A stretch of DNA of 64,000 nt from Sedimentisphaerales bacterium (GTDB taxonomy: Bacteria > Planctomycetota > Phycisphaerae > Sedimentisphaerales > Anaerobacaceae): NCBI GenBank assembly GCA_963708075.1, contig OY970194.1:4512001-4576000 (forward strand), read 5' to 3'. Both the position numbers and the translations under genes were made by a program. Position 1 is the stretch's first letter; each line of letters begins with the position of its first letter. The notes below the pieces were generated by a model that made no database searches, was not told the origin of the DNA, and saw only the letters and a program-made list of their open reading frames with translations. Positions 47,730 through 57,037 of the stretch are shown one piece after another.

Positions 47730-48753
47730 TCATCGGTTCGACTCCGCGGGCGGGGTCGTGGCTTCGGCGATCTTTGTGATCAGGGCGATGGCCAGCTCGT
47801 GGCCGGCGGACTGCAGGGCGGTTTTGGCAGCGATGGCCTCGGACAGGTCTACAGCGCGACGGGTGGTGCGCTCCGCGGCGATCACTCTGGCCGAGTCCCG
47901 CCAGACAGCCTGCACCTCCAGGCGGGCCACGCAACTGGTCAGACCGCCAAGCTGGGCGCCGAAGTCGCTGAGACCCTCGCCCGTGATAACGATGTCGCTG
48001 CCCGCCAGGGAGACGTTCTTCGTCCACTTTTCCAGTGTCTGCCTGTCCCCTTCGATGACTTCGAAGCCCGTATCCTTGAACACCTTCTTGATCTCGGCGG
48101 CCGCCGCCGGATCGGGCAGCCTGCTGCGCGCATGCGACTCCGGCACAATCACGACCACACTGGGCAGGTCCTTGCCCTTCAATCGTGCACGCAGCTTGTC
48201 GATCTTGCTCTCCAGCTTTTCCGTCTTCGGAAGCAGTTGGGGACCCCACTGGGACAGGCCTCCGACGAGTTTCTCGACAAGCTGGTCGATCGTGGCGGAC
48301 AGATCGCTTTCGAGCTTGCCACGGACCATGACTCCTTTGACCTGGCTGGTCTCGGCGCCGACGATCTTGGCGACGAGGTAGAGGTCACGATCCACGGCAA
48401 ACGCCCGGCCGAAGACCAGAATCCTGGCGCCGACAACTTTGCCGACCTTGGTGGCTTGGCCGGTTCTCGACCATGCCGGACAGGTTCAGTTGCATCTCGG
48501 CGAGCACATCCTGCAGTCGCTTGCGCTCCACGAGCGTGAACTGGTCGTAGGTGCTCAGCCGCGCGGTCAGAATGTCGCCAAGCTGCTGGCCGAGGTCAGG
48601 ATTACCCGGGGCCTTCGATTCGAAATCGAAGATCGCCACCGGGATGCTCTCGACGACCTTCTCCGGACTTGTCGCCTGGTTCGGCTCCGCCGCCCACAAT
48701 GCTGGAGCCAGCAGTAGAACGAAGGTCATTTCAACGTTGCGCAAACGCATCAT
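47730..48753 (-). pseudogene. CsgG/HfaB-family secreted protein with a one-base frameshift (pseudogene or sequencing error)
   Basis: VAIFDF...LVERKRLQDVLAEMQLNLSG continues as GQATKVGKVVGARILVFG...LYLVAKIV in another frame after an extra base near 48460-48465. Confidence 0.8.
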
Positions 48754-49760
48754 CGTTTTTCCCTTTCAATTCGGGTCTCCGGATTCGGGTCTGCTTCATG
48801 GCAGGCAAACTGCACGAGATTGCCCAGAAGCGTCATCTGCCGGGGGTCCTCGCGAGCCGTCGCAGGAAGCTGACAAGAAAGCAGGAGATAGTTCGTCTCC
48901 TCGACCACGCACAAGTGGGAGAAGATCGTCTTCTCATCCTCTTTGGCTGTAAGGTGGGAGTGGATCGACCTCCCGGTCCGCCTTTCAACTCCCACGGTGT
49001 TCGCCTCGCTCAGCAGCCGCATGACATCGCCCCCGCTGAGGTCCTTCAACAGGAGACTGTTGAGCTCGGGGACCGCGGGTTGACACGGGTCCGTGCCGCT
49101 GCGGATTGAAGCATCGAGCTGTTCCGGCAACTGTTTCTGTCGCAGCAGGACTACCACCAGGGGCTTCGATGTCGCCGCAATCAGCCTGGTAAGAATCTCC
49201 ATGCTCGCACCGTCGAGGTATTCGCCTGCGAAAATGACATCGGGGCGACTGAAATCGCGGACCGCCTGGAATGAGGCGTCGGCGGGCTTGAGGCCGAACT
49301 CCGTCAGAAGGGTCTGCAGCGAGCCGGACGTATCGAGCACCCAGACCTCCGCTTTGCATGGTCCCACCGGTGCCGGATCACGCGGGGGCCAGAGCGCAAT
49401 CGGTTCTTCCCGAGCCTCCAGGAATTCGTTCCCGAGCGACAATTCCGCACGGTACGAGGCCCGCGTGACCCCATGGACCCGTGGGAGGGACAGATCGTAC
49501 GAGGCGGGCCGGCCCCGGATAATCGTCATTGTCTGTTCGCGAACCTTATCCTGAGCCACGTAGACGGTGATTCGCAGATCGTACGGCCCAGCGAGCCGTG
49601 CAGCCGGGGTCATTTGGAAGGTGAGCCGCACACTGCCCGGCGTATAGATCGCATCACGATCTACGGTCATGCGTAGCAAGCGAGCTGCGGGCGAGACACT
49701 CGGCATCACCTGCAGCACCACCAGGACAGCGAGCAGACTGCGAATCACACGCCTGTTCAT
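48750..49760 (-). CDS. Hypothetical secreted protein
   Basis: 336-aa ORF with a signal peptide, tightly coupled to both neighbours. Confidence 0.7.
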   Translation of the reverse strand: MNRRVIRSLLAVLVVLQVMPSVSPAARLLRMTVDRDAIYTPGSVRLTFQMTPAARLAGPYDLRITVYVAQDKVREQTMTIIRGRPASYDLSLPRVHGVTRASYRAELSLGNEFLEAREEPIALWPPRDPAPVGPCKAEVWVLDTSGSLQTLLTEFGLKPADASFQAVRDFSRPDVIFAGEYLDGASMEILTRLIAATSKPLVVVLLRQKQLPEQLDASIRSGTDPCQPAVPELNSLLLKDLSGGDVMRLLSEANTVGVERRTGRSIHSHLTAKEDEKTIFSHLCVVEETNYLLLSCQLPATAREDPRQMTLLGNLVQFACHEADPNPETRIEREKR

Positions 49761-49763
49761 GAC

Positions 49764-50528
49764 TCACCCCTGCTCAGATATGGACACAGGTTTGGCTGTC
49801 GCGTTCAGGGCGATTCTGTGTGCGCCCACGCGAATGTGAACCAGAGATCTGAATGCGGACTCGTCCACCCTGACGGCCGCAGCCCGGGCGTCCCCGTCCC
49901 CCCTGGCGACGACATCGACGGCTACCCGTCCGTCATCCCCGAGCACAGGGACGAGGGCCACTTCGATAACAGAGCCCTGCGCCGTCCGCATCTGCACTTC
50001 GATGCGCTGCTGGGGAAATGCCACAAGATCAGCATACGCCCGCTGAGATTCAGACTGCGCGTCCCGCAGCGCCAGGCGAAGCACGATCAGTTTTTCCGGT
50101 CGCCCGGCAGGCTCTTGTGCCTGGGTCAGGCCCAGTTGACTATTGCCGAAGGAATCGACCATGAACCAGGGCGACTGTCCGGCGAAGACGCTGCGGACGT
50201 GCGAGAACGCTTGCGCCAGTCGCTCGATCTGCGCATCGTCGAGCAGCGGAGGATCAGCATTGGCGACGGCCGATGACGCAGGTCCGGCGCCCTGATTTTT
50301 GAGCAGGAAATAGCCGAGCAGTGTCGCCGTGAGGATAAAGCTTGCAGCCGTGGCCAACGCGATGCGCCGCCAGAAGATGACCTCACCCACCGGCGTCACC
50401 GTGCGGCACCTGCTCTCGATGCGGCCGCGCAGGGCCTGCCAGGAATCCGCCGGCGCCGCCGATTCATGGACCTCCCGCAGGAGGGCTTCGATCATCTTAT
50501 CCTGCCGCTGCTGATCAGACATGGCCAT
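49764..50528 (-). CDS. Probable anti-sigma factor (single transmembrane helix)
   Basis: Short N-terminal cytoplasmic helix, WRR followed by a TM segment, then a periplasmic domain; directly downstream of the ECF sigma gene. Confidence 0.65.
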   Translation of the reverse strand: MAMSDQQRQDKMIEALLREVHESAAPADSWQALRGRIESRCRTVTPVGEVIFWRRIALATAASFILTATLLGYFLLKNQGAGPASSAVANADPPLLDDAQIERLAQAFSHVRSVFAGQSPWFMVDSFGNSQLGLTQAQEPAGRPEKLIVLRLALRDAQSESQRAYADLVAFPQQRIEVQMRTAQGSVIEVALVPVLGDDGRVAVDVVARGDGDARAAAVRVDESAFRSLVHIRVGAHRIALNATAKPVSISEQG

Positions 50529-50533
50529 ATCCC

Positions 50534-51061
50534 CTAATCAGTCAAATGACGAAGTCTCACCCGGAGCATTTCCCTGGCCGTCTCCAGATGCCGTGACACG
50601 GTGGCCTCCGAGCAGCCGATGGTCTGCGCTGCCTCTTTTTGTGCCGCGCCGTCCATCAGGACCAGAATCGCAACGAGCTGGATGGGCTGGGGCAACTTGC
50701 CGATCTCCTCGCGAACGCGATCCACCCTTTCCCGGCCTTTCAGGGCCTCCACAGCCCCCGTGGCATCTCCCTGCAACGGCTGCAATGAAGGAGCAGCCGT
50801 CCACCGGGGCCGCCTCCGCCGGCGCACCAGGTTCAGTGCGATCTTGTAGATCCACGGCCGGAAGCAGTCGCCGTCCCGAAGGCTATGAATCCGGCAAAGC
50901 GCCTGGAGGAACGCTTCCTGACAGATGTCGTCGGCATCGCCGTGGCTGCCGAGGCACTGGTAGGCGAACCGGTACAAACCCTGGTAGTGCCGGTCGATCA
51001 GATGACCGAACGCCAACCGGTCCCCACTCTGGCTCGCCTTCACTGCATCCCGTTCGTCCAT
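50534..51061 (-). CDS. ECF RNA polymerase sigma factor
   Basis: GD..AF..L, DADDICQEAF and FRPWIYKIA (region 2); EAAQTIGCSEATVSRHL (region 4); GGAG RBS. Confidence 0.92.
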   Translation of the reverse strand: MDERDAVKASQSGDRLAFGHLIDRHYQGLYRFAYQCLGSHGDADDICQEAFLQALCRIHSLRDGDCFRPWIYKIALNLVRRRRRPRWTAAPSLQPLQGDATGAVEALKGRERVDRVREEIGKLPQPIQLVAILVLMDGAAQKEAAQTIGCSEATVSRHLETAREMLRVRLRHLTD

Positions 51062-51183
51062 ATCTCCGCGACTACACACTTCAGCCTGGGCAGTTCTCTC
51101 GAAATCGTCACCCGTAGATAAAGATTCTACCACACGGGAAGAATTTCAAGAATTGGGGGATTTCTCACGAGGCAGGAAGAAGA

Positions 51184-51238
51184 GCGGGTAGAGGATCGCC
51201 ACGGTGAGTGGTTTGGCGTGTGCGGATGGTCTACCCGC
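51184..51238 (-). terminator. Hairpin downstream of the polysaccharide operon, possible terminator
   Basis: 9-bp IR GCGGGTAGA / TCTACCCGC followed on the minus strand by TCTTCTTCC. Confidence 0.3.
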
Positions 51239-51336
51239 GGGAGAAGTGACCTGCGAAGGAGAGAGATACGCGGGCGGGAGGTCTTGCCTGTTGACTGTCC
51301 GGCTCCGGGCGCTGGGGCTCCCGGATAATCACCGGC

Positions 51337-52626
51337 TTATCTGTGTCGCAGAAGGAGGGTCCTTGGCGCGAGCTGAAAGAGTGACTTGAAGAACAGCTTC
51401 CTATATCTCTTCATGATGACCTTGCCGGGTATCTTGCCTGGAAGGCTGGAGGCCTTGGTGTTTGGCCTGTCGGAGTACCGGAATACGTCGACGTAGTCGA
51501 ACAACCTTGTCTTCATCAGGTCCAGGGCCCTCTGGAAGTCCTCCTCCGACTCGCCCGGAAATCCCACGATGATCTGTGTCTTTACCAGGAGCGTCGGGCA
51601 GGCTTCTTTGATCGCCCGCATGGCATCGAGGAATGCCTGTGCGTCATATCCACGGTTCATCAGCCGCAGAATACGATCGCTGGCGGACTGCATCGGCGCC
51701 TCGAGGTAGGCAATCTTTCCGCTCCTGAGCACGTCATGGAAAGACGGCCCGGCGGAAATGATCCATCTTGGATTCACGTTTCGCAATCGGAGCCGGAATC
51801 GCACTGGAACTTCGATCAGGGCCTTCAGCAGGTCTATCAGGTCCTCTCCCCGGTCCTTGCCATAATCGCCGATGTCGGTTCCGATCAGGGCGATACTGCG
51901 ATAGCCTTTCTGAAGCCCGCTCATGAGTTCCTCGACGATGCAGTGAATCGACTTGCTGGATACGGGGCCTCTCGATTGTCTTATGGAGCAGTATGAGCAG
52001 TTGCCCCTGCAACCCGTGGAGACTTTGATGGTGTACGTGCTCGTGTTCCACACGTCCATCCTCGATTCGACGAAATCCTTGTACTGGGCGAGCATGGCCA
52101 CGAACGGCTGAGACACTCGTCGCACCAGTCGTTGCTTAAGCCGGCTCGCGCCGACACTCTCGGCCAGCACATTCTGGCGGACGCGGGCGGCCACGATGCC
52201 CAGGAGATCCTTCTTATGACCGCGGTACGGCTGATAGGGGAAGTTCGCCTTCAACTCGCCGTTTTGGCCCTTGAGGGCGATGAGGTTCTCGATCTCGGTG
52301 GCGAGCCCGTTGTACGAGGCGCTGCCGGCCTGGGCGATTTCGGGTCTGATCTTGGCGATGCAGCCGCCCACGACCACCTGGCTGCCCGGCCGTCTCTGCT
52401 CGTGAACCAGCCGGATCAACTCCTGCGTCTGATCTTCCTTGGGCTGCATGACCGCGCAACCCAGCATGACGATAAGGTCTGCACTCGCAATGTCTTCAAC
52501 CAGGGTCAAGCCGTGCTTTTCCCTCAGGAATTGCTGGACCAGTGCCGCATCGATAAAGCATTCGTGGCAGCCATTTGAGATGACGAATGCCGTCCCGGGT
52601 TTCTTGCCGTCGTTGTACTCCATCAT
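51337..52626 (-). CDS. MiaB/MtaB-like radical SAM methylthiotransferase-family protein lacking the TRAM domain
   Basis: UPF0004-like Cys set (GCHEC, LGCAV, GGCIA), GCRGNCSYC, QSASDRIL..MNR, IIVGFPGE and FRYSDRPNT.A; the protein ends about 35 aa later. Confidence 0.85.
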   Translation of the reverse strand: MMEYNDGKKPGTAFVISNGCHECFIDAALVQQFLREKHGLTLVEDIASADLIVMLGCAVMQPKEDQTQELIRLVHEQRRPGSQVVVGGCIAKIRPEIAQAGSASYNGLATEIENLIALKGQNGELKANFPYQPYRGHKKDLLGIVAARVRQNVLAESVGASRLKQRLVRRVSQPFVAMLAQYKDFVESRMDVWNTSTYTIKVSTGCRGNCSYCSIRQSRGPVSSKSIHCIVEELMSGLQKGYRSIALIGTDIGDYGKDRGEDLIDLLKALIEVPVRFRLRLRNVNPRWIISAGPSFHDVLRSGKIAYLEAPMQSASDRILRLMNRGYDAQAFLDAMRAIKEACPTLLVKTQIIVGFPGESEEDFQRALDLMKTRLFDYVDVFRYSDRPNTKASSLPGKIPGKVIMKRYRKLFFKSLFQLAPRTLLLRHR

Positions 52627-53270
52627 ATATCTCCTTCAGCCCCCAAGCGGGCCTGCAATCGTGACCGACTTTGGGCAGACACCAGGCCCGTGGGCGCCTG
52701 CTCCCCCAATGGGTCGTTGTGACCAACACGTTCGATGATGTTGACGATTTGTGTGACGCTTCTGTGCCGTCCTAAGTGCCTGCGGTAGTAGTCTCTCGCC
52801 CGGCACCCCATCTCCAGGCGCAAGGGGGCATTCATGGCAAGCCATCGCAGCGCCTCGGCCACCGCGCGGATGTCGCCGGAGGCAATGATGAAGCCGGAGG
52901 CGCTTTTCCGAAGAATCCTTGCGACGTCGCAGTCCTCCGGGCCGATGAAGACCGTCGGCCGGCCCACGGCGAGCGTGCCGTAGATCTTGCTGGGCACAAG
53001 GAGGCCCTCCGTGGACGGCTTCTGCGTGACAATGTGAATGTCGCCGCCGGCGAGCAACCCCGAGAGCTGATCCAGAGGCACGGGCGGCCGCAGCTCGACG
53101 TTATCGAGTCTCAGCTCGCCGATAAGCTGTCGGACACTCTCTATTCCCCTGCCGGCCCCGACGAGAAGCAGCCGCAAGGCCACCTCCCCATGCAACGCAT
53201 GCACAGCACGCAGGATCGTGTCAAGCTCGTGACCGAAACCGAAGTTGCCTGAATAGAGCAATGTGATCAT
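52623..53270 (-). CDS. GT4 (WcaI-like) C-terminal nucleotide-sugar-binding half
   Basis: LLYSGNFGFGH and GLLVPSKIYG motifs. Confidence 0.75.
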   Translation of the reverse strand: MITLLYSGNFGFGHELDTILRAVHALHGEVALRLLLVGAGRGIESVRQLIGELRLDNVELRPPVPLDQLSGLLAGGDIHIVTQKPSTEGLLVPSKIYGTLAVGRPTVFIGPEDCDVARILRKSASGFIIASGDIRAVAEALRWLAMNAPLRLEMGCRARDYYRRHLGRHRSVTQIVNIIERVGHNDPLGEQAPTGLVSAQSRSRLQARLGAEGDI

Positions 53271-53295
53271 AATGCACGCGAACGGACGTCACAGC

Positions 53296-53926
53296 CTATG
53301 TGATGGCGGGTCCCGCCGAATCGATTCTCTCACGCGGCACCCAGTTGTGGATGACCGCGATTGCGTCGCGCGGCGCGTCCCGCTTCGACGAGGCGCTGGG
53401 CCATAACGTCGCCCAGTGAGATGATCGCCCCGGACCTTCGGTATACTCGTTGGCTGAGCCTCGCCAGGACCGCGCGAAGAAGGCTCCTCTTTCCAAGCAC
53501 GCCAAACGCGACGGCGATCTCGGGATACAAGTCCATCGTCCACACCACCATTCGGGTCCCACGCAGCGCATGGAGCAGCAAACCAACGAGAGCGATCAAC
53601 GGCGGGGTCGTCAACGCCACACATACGTCCATCGTTGGCAGAGTGAACGCCCTGTGCAGCGCGAGGACATAGAACGACACGTAGTCGAAGAGGCGTCCAA
53701 CCATCCTCCTTCGACCGAAGCCCGTCGCCCCTACGCGGTGGACATGCACGCCGTTGAAGAGGTCCTCGCATGCCAGGGCCGCACGGCCGCCATTGTAGGC
53801 GCGCCGGCTGCATACCACGTGCACGTCGTGTCCCCGGCACGACAATTCCTCCGCCACATCCGCCAGGAGCTGGCCGGTCGCCGCCACATCCGGCACGTAG
53901 AACTGATTGATGAACAGCACTCGCAT
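53296..53926 (-). pseudogene. GT4 (WcaI-like) N-terminal half with a one-base frameshift
   Basis: MRVLFINQFYVPDVAATGQLL, TTPP and DLYPE; the tail APRDAIAVIHNW lies in another frame after about 53377. Confidence 0.75.
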
Positions 53927-53989
53927 ACATCCCCCAATCTGCCGGTGTCGCTGAATACTCAGACCAAGGATCTTCGACCCCGGGCTGGC

Positions 53990-54185
53990 ACGACCGATTT
54001 GCTGCCCGGACAGTTCCTCCGTCCTCATTACCACCTGGTTCGTGCTATACTGCGTCCAGTCACAGGTCAGGAGCCCCCTGGATACATGGTCCACCCGGGT
54101 CTCGAACAGCCACTGCACATCGAGTCCCCGACTGAGAATCAAGTCGCAGATCCGTCCCACCCGCTCGCGGCTGGCGGTGCATCGG
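53990..54185 (-). pseudogene. Remnant of a radical SAM gene (B12-binding class), internally deleted
   Basis: TASRERVGRICDLILSRGLDVQWLFETRVDHVSRGLL joined to DWTQYSTNQVVMRTEELS; no start codon and no CxxxCxxC. Confidence 0.55.
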
Positions 54186-54213
54186 TGCTTCCTGAGAGTA
54201 CCTCGGCGCCGCT

Positions 54214-55044
54214 CTACAAGGCCAGTCCCTTCTCCCTCCGCTTGAGTTCCTTGACTTTGAGATCGACCATATATTCGAAGATGGCACGCAAACGACAGTA
54301 GGTCAGCCCGGGCAGTCCGTCGAGCAGGCCCAACCGGAGGAAGTACAGGTAGCCGAAGACGAGGGTGGGCCGCAGAGGCATTCGGTAGGCGAGGCTCTTC
54401 ATCGCCTTTCGCCGCTGCGCCGGGTCCGGAGAAACCAATCCTCGCCACTCCATGGATTCTTCCACCGTCCGGATCAGCTCCCGGGCCTCGTCCGAGGAGT
54501 ACAGGTTGTGCTTGGCGAACCACTCGGCCAGCCCCTTGTTGAAGCTATAGTGCTCGAAATGGCCGTAGAGCCTGCTCTCAGGACCATCCACGACGGCAAT
54601 CGGATTGACGAGCCGCTCCCAGTGCACCTTGTCCGGCCGGAAGAACCGCAGGACCCAGGTGGGATACAGGCTGGAGTGCCGGATCCAGCGCCCCATGAAG
54701 ATGTTCCTGAAGCGGATGCGATAGGCGACCGGCCCCTCTGTGCCGTTGCCGGCAATCGACCGCAGCTCCTCGGCAAGCTCCGGCGTGACACTCTCGTCGG
54801 CATCGGAGTAGTAGACCCATGGGTGCTTGAACTCGATGTTGCGGACCGCCCAGTTCTGGTGGCACGACCAGTTATCGAACCTGCGCTGCACCACCCTGGC
54901 GCCGGCGGCTTCGGCGATCTCCACCGTACGATCCGTGCTGAAGGAATCCAGCACGACCACGTCGTCCGACCAGGACACGCTCGCCAGACACCTCGGCAGG
55001 TTGATTTCCTCATTGAGGGTGAGGATCAAGACGGATGGACACAT
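54214..55044 (-). CDS. Glycosyltransferase family 2
   Basis: SVLILTLNEE, DSFSTDRT, DADE and KHNLYS. Confidence 0.92.
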   Translation of the reverse strand: MCPSVLILTLNEEINLPRCLASVSWSDDVVVLDSFSTDRTVEIAEAAGARVVQRRFDNWSCHQNWAVRNIEFKHPWVYYSDADESVTPELAEELRSIAGNGTEGPVAYRIRFRNIFMGRWIRHSSLYPTWVLRFFRPDKVHWERLVNPIAVVDGPESRLYGHFEHYSFNKGLAEWFAKHNLYSSDEARELIRTVEESMEWRGLVSPDPAQRRKAMKSLAYRMPLRPTLVFGYLYFLRLGLLDGLPGLTYCRLRAIFEYMVDLKVKELKRREKGLAL

Positions 55045-55065
55045 AGGCTATCCACGCAACCGTGA

Positions 55066-56772
55066 CTATGGCTTGGCCAGCAGCTTATTGCCAAGCACCA
55101 GCCGGCGCAGTCCGGACCGGGCAAACACGTCCACGGCATCTCGTGCACTACTGACCAATGGCTCACCGTGCAGATTGTAGGAGGTATTCAGCAAGGCTCC
55201 CCGGCCGGTCAACTCGCGAAATGAGGAAAGCAGGCGATGGTACTCCGGACTGGCCTCCCGGCGGACGACCTGCGGCCGGACGGTGTGATCCTGCGGATGG
55301 ATCCCGGCCGCAATCTGCCGCCAGTTTTCCGTGCAATCGAACGTGACGATCATGTAGGGAGCCGGCATGCCCTTCGGGTTCCTGATATACCGGGATTCCT
55401 CCTCCGCGAGAATGGACGAGGCGAATGGCATCCAGAAATCCCGCTGTTTGATCGCCCTGTTGATGGTCTGCACGACGCCCGGGACGGAAGGATCGGCAAG
55501 GATGGAACGATTCCCGAGTGCCCGGGCCCCGAATTCCTCCCGGCCCCAGACTCTAGCCACGATGTGTCCCTGGCTCAGCAGCTCGGCAGTGACTCGCAGG
55601 ATATCCGGCGGGGTCGAAACTCGCAGCTCACAGGCCCCGCCAAGCTCCCGGATGGCTCCCTCCACTGCCGCATCCTCGATCGTCGGGCCATAGTACAACG
55701 AGCCGAAGCCCTCGCAAGCCTCCTTCGACAACTCCGAATGCGCCAGGAACGCCGCCCCGAATGCGTTTGTCTCATCGCCGCAGGATGGGACCACATACAG
55801 GCTCTCCACGCAAGGCAGTTCCAGAATCCTCTGGTTGGCCTTGACGTTCATGAAGACGCCCCCCGAGAGCATCACGTGAGAAATCCCGGTGGCCTGGACG
55901 CAGTGCTTGACCCAATCGACCAGCACCTCTTCGAGAAACTGCTGGACAGCAGCGGCGACATGATCGAACCGCTTGCACTCGAAGATCTTCGCCAGCCAGT
56001 GATAACAACTGAAGAATGACGGCGCCGAACTGCTGCGCTCGTAGGTCAGCCGGGGACATCCATCGGTGGCCACCCACGCGAGCAACTCTCGCCTTATCGC
56101 CTCCGCCTGTCTGCCCGTCCCATACGGGGCGAGACCCATGACCTTGTATTCGTGCTCGTTGGGCAGCATGCCCAGAAGCACGGTAGTTGTCGTGTAGAGC
56201 ATGCCAATGGAATCGGCCTCCGGGATGGTCGCCAATCTCCGCAGAGCACCGTTCTCTCCCACGTAGACGGAACCAGACAAGCCGTCACCCGCGGCGTCGC
56301 TGGTGAGGACCAGCGAGCGCTGCCGGCTGCGGCCGGCGCCCCAGAATGCCGTTGCGGCGTGGCACAGGTGATGATCGTAGAACCGGGTCTTGGCCCGTGG
56401 GATGCCGAGCTTCTCAATATGCCGTCGGCGGCACATCTGGCGATAACCATACACCGGCCCGGCAAGCGGCGTGCTGCGGACATACGAGCGCAAGCGCGAT
56501 GCAAGGGAGCCGTCCCGCCTGGAGTAACCCGACACGTCCTCCTCGGACGAGCCCGGCATCGTGACAGGCCGTGTCGAAGCAACCGCAAACACGTCCACCG
56601 CATCCAGCTCCGCGCCGATGAATTGCAGCCCCTTACGCAGGGCATGGATGGGGAATCCCGGCTGGTTCTTCCTGCGCGTGAATCGCTCCTCCTGCCACGC
56701 GAAGACGATCCGGCCGTCCCGCAGCAGGACCACAGAGGCATTATGACCATCGTTGATGCCGGCAATCAGCAT
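55066..56772 (-). CDS. Carbamoyltransferase (NodU/CmcH family)
   Basis: EERFTRRK, HHLCHA, EYKVMGLA, GGVFMNVKAN, EFGARALGNRS and LNTSYN; start at MLIAGIN. Confidence 0.93.
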   Translation of the reverse strand: MLIAGINDGHNASVVLLRDGRIVFAWQEERFTRRKNQPGFPIHALRKGLQFIGAELDAVDVFAVASTRPVTMPGSSEEDVSGYSRRDGSLASRLRSYVRSTPLAGPVYGYRQMCRRRHIEKLGIPRAKTRFYDHHLCHAATAFWGAGRSRQRSLVLTSDAAGDGLSGSVYVGENGALRRLATIPEADSIGMLYTTTTVLLGMLPNEHEYKVMGLAPYGTGRQAEAIRRELLAWVATDGCPRLTYERSSSAPSFFSCYHWLAKIFECKRFDHVAAAVQQFLEEVLVDWVKHCVQATGISHVMLSGGVFMNVKANQRILELPCVESLYVVPSCGDETNAFGAAFLAHSELSKEACEGFGSLYYGPTIEDAAVEGAIRELGGACELRVSTPPDILRVTAELLSQGHIVARVWGREEFGARALGNRSILADPSVPGVVQTINRAIKQRDFWMPFASSILAEEESRYIRNPKGMPAPYMIVTFDCTENWRQIAAGIHPQDHTVRPQVVRREASPEYHRLLSSFRELTGRGALLNTSYNLHGEPLVSSARDAVDVFARSGLRRLVLGNKLLAKP

Positions 56773-56784
56773 GTCATTTATGGA

Positions 56785-57037
56785 GTGGAGTTCTGCAAAA
56801 TGGAAGTTGGGCTTATTATTCAAGGACATCAGCTTTGGGATTTCCTTGAATCGACAAGTGGTTCGTGCGCGTTGTGCACCCCGCGCGGGTCTGTTGTGCC
56901 GCGTGTAGCAAGGCAATCTCCAGTCGCTTCCCAGGGTACGTATCATGCACTTTGGCGTCTGTTGTTGAAGAAGGAAAAATGAAAAGCGTATTTTTCCTTC
57001 CCCAAGTAAGCCCAACTTCCATTTTGCAGAACTCCAC
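56785..57037. mobile_element. MITE-like non-autonomous insertion (253 bp)
   Basis: Perfect 31-bp terminal IR GTGGAGTTCTGCAAAATGGAAGTTGGGCTTA; flanked by TTATGGA (56778-56784) and TTATGAA (57038-57044); AT-rich non-coding interior. Confidence 0.85.

Noticed and set aside
56773..57015. 81-aa N-terminal extension of the carbamoyltransferase, and ORFs 56816..57037 and 56865..57254
   Set aside because: They read through the MITE-like insertion; the family-typical start is at 56772
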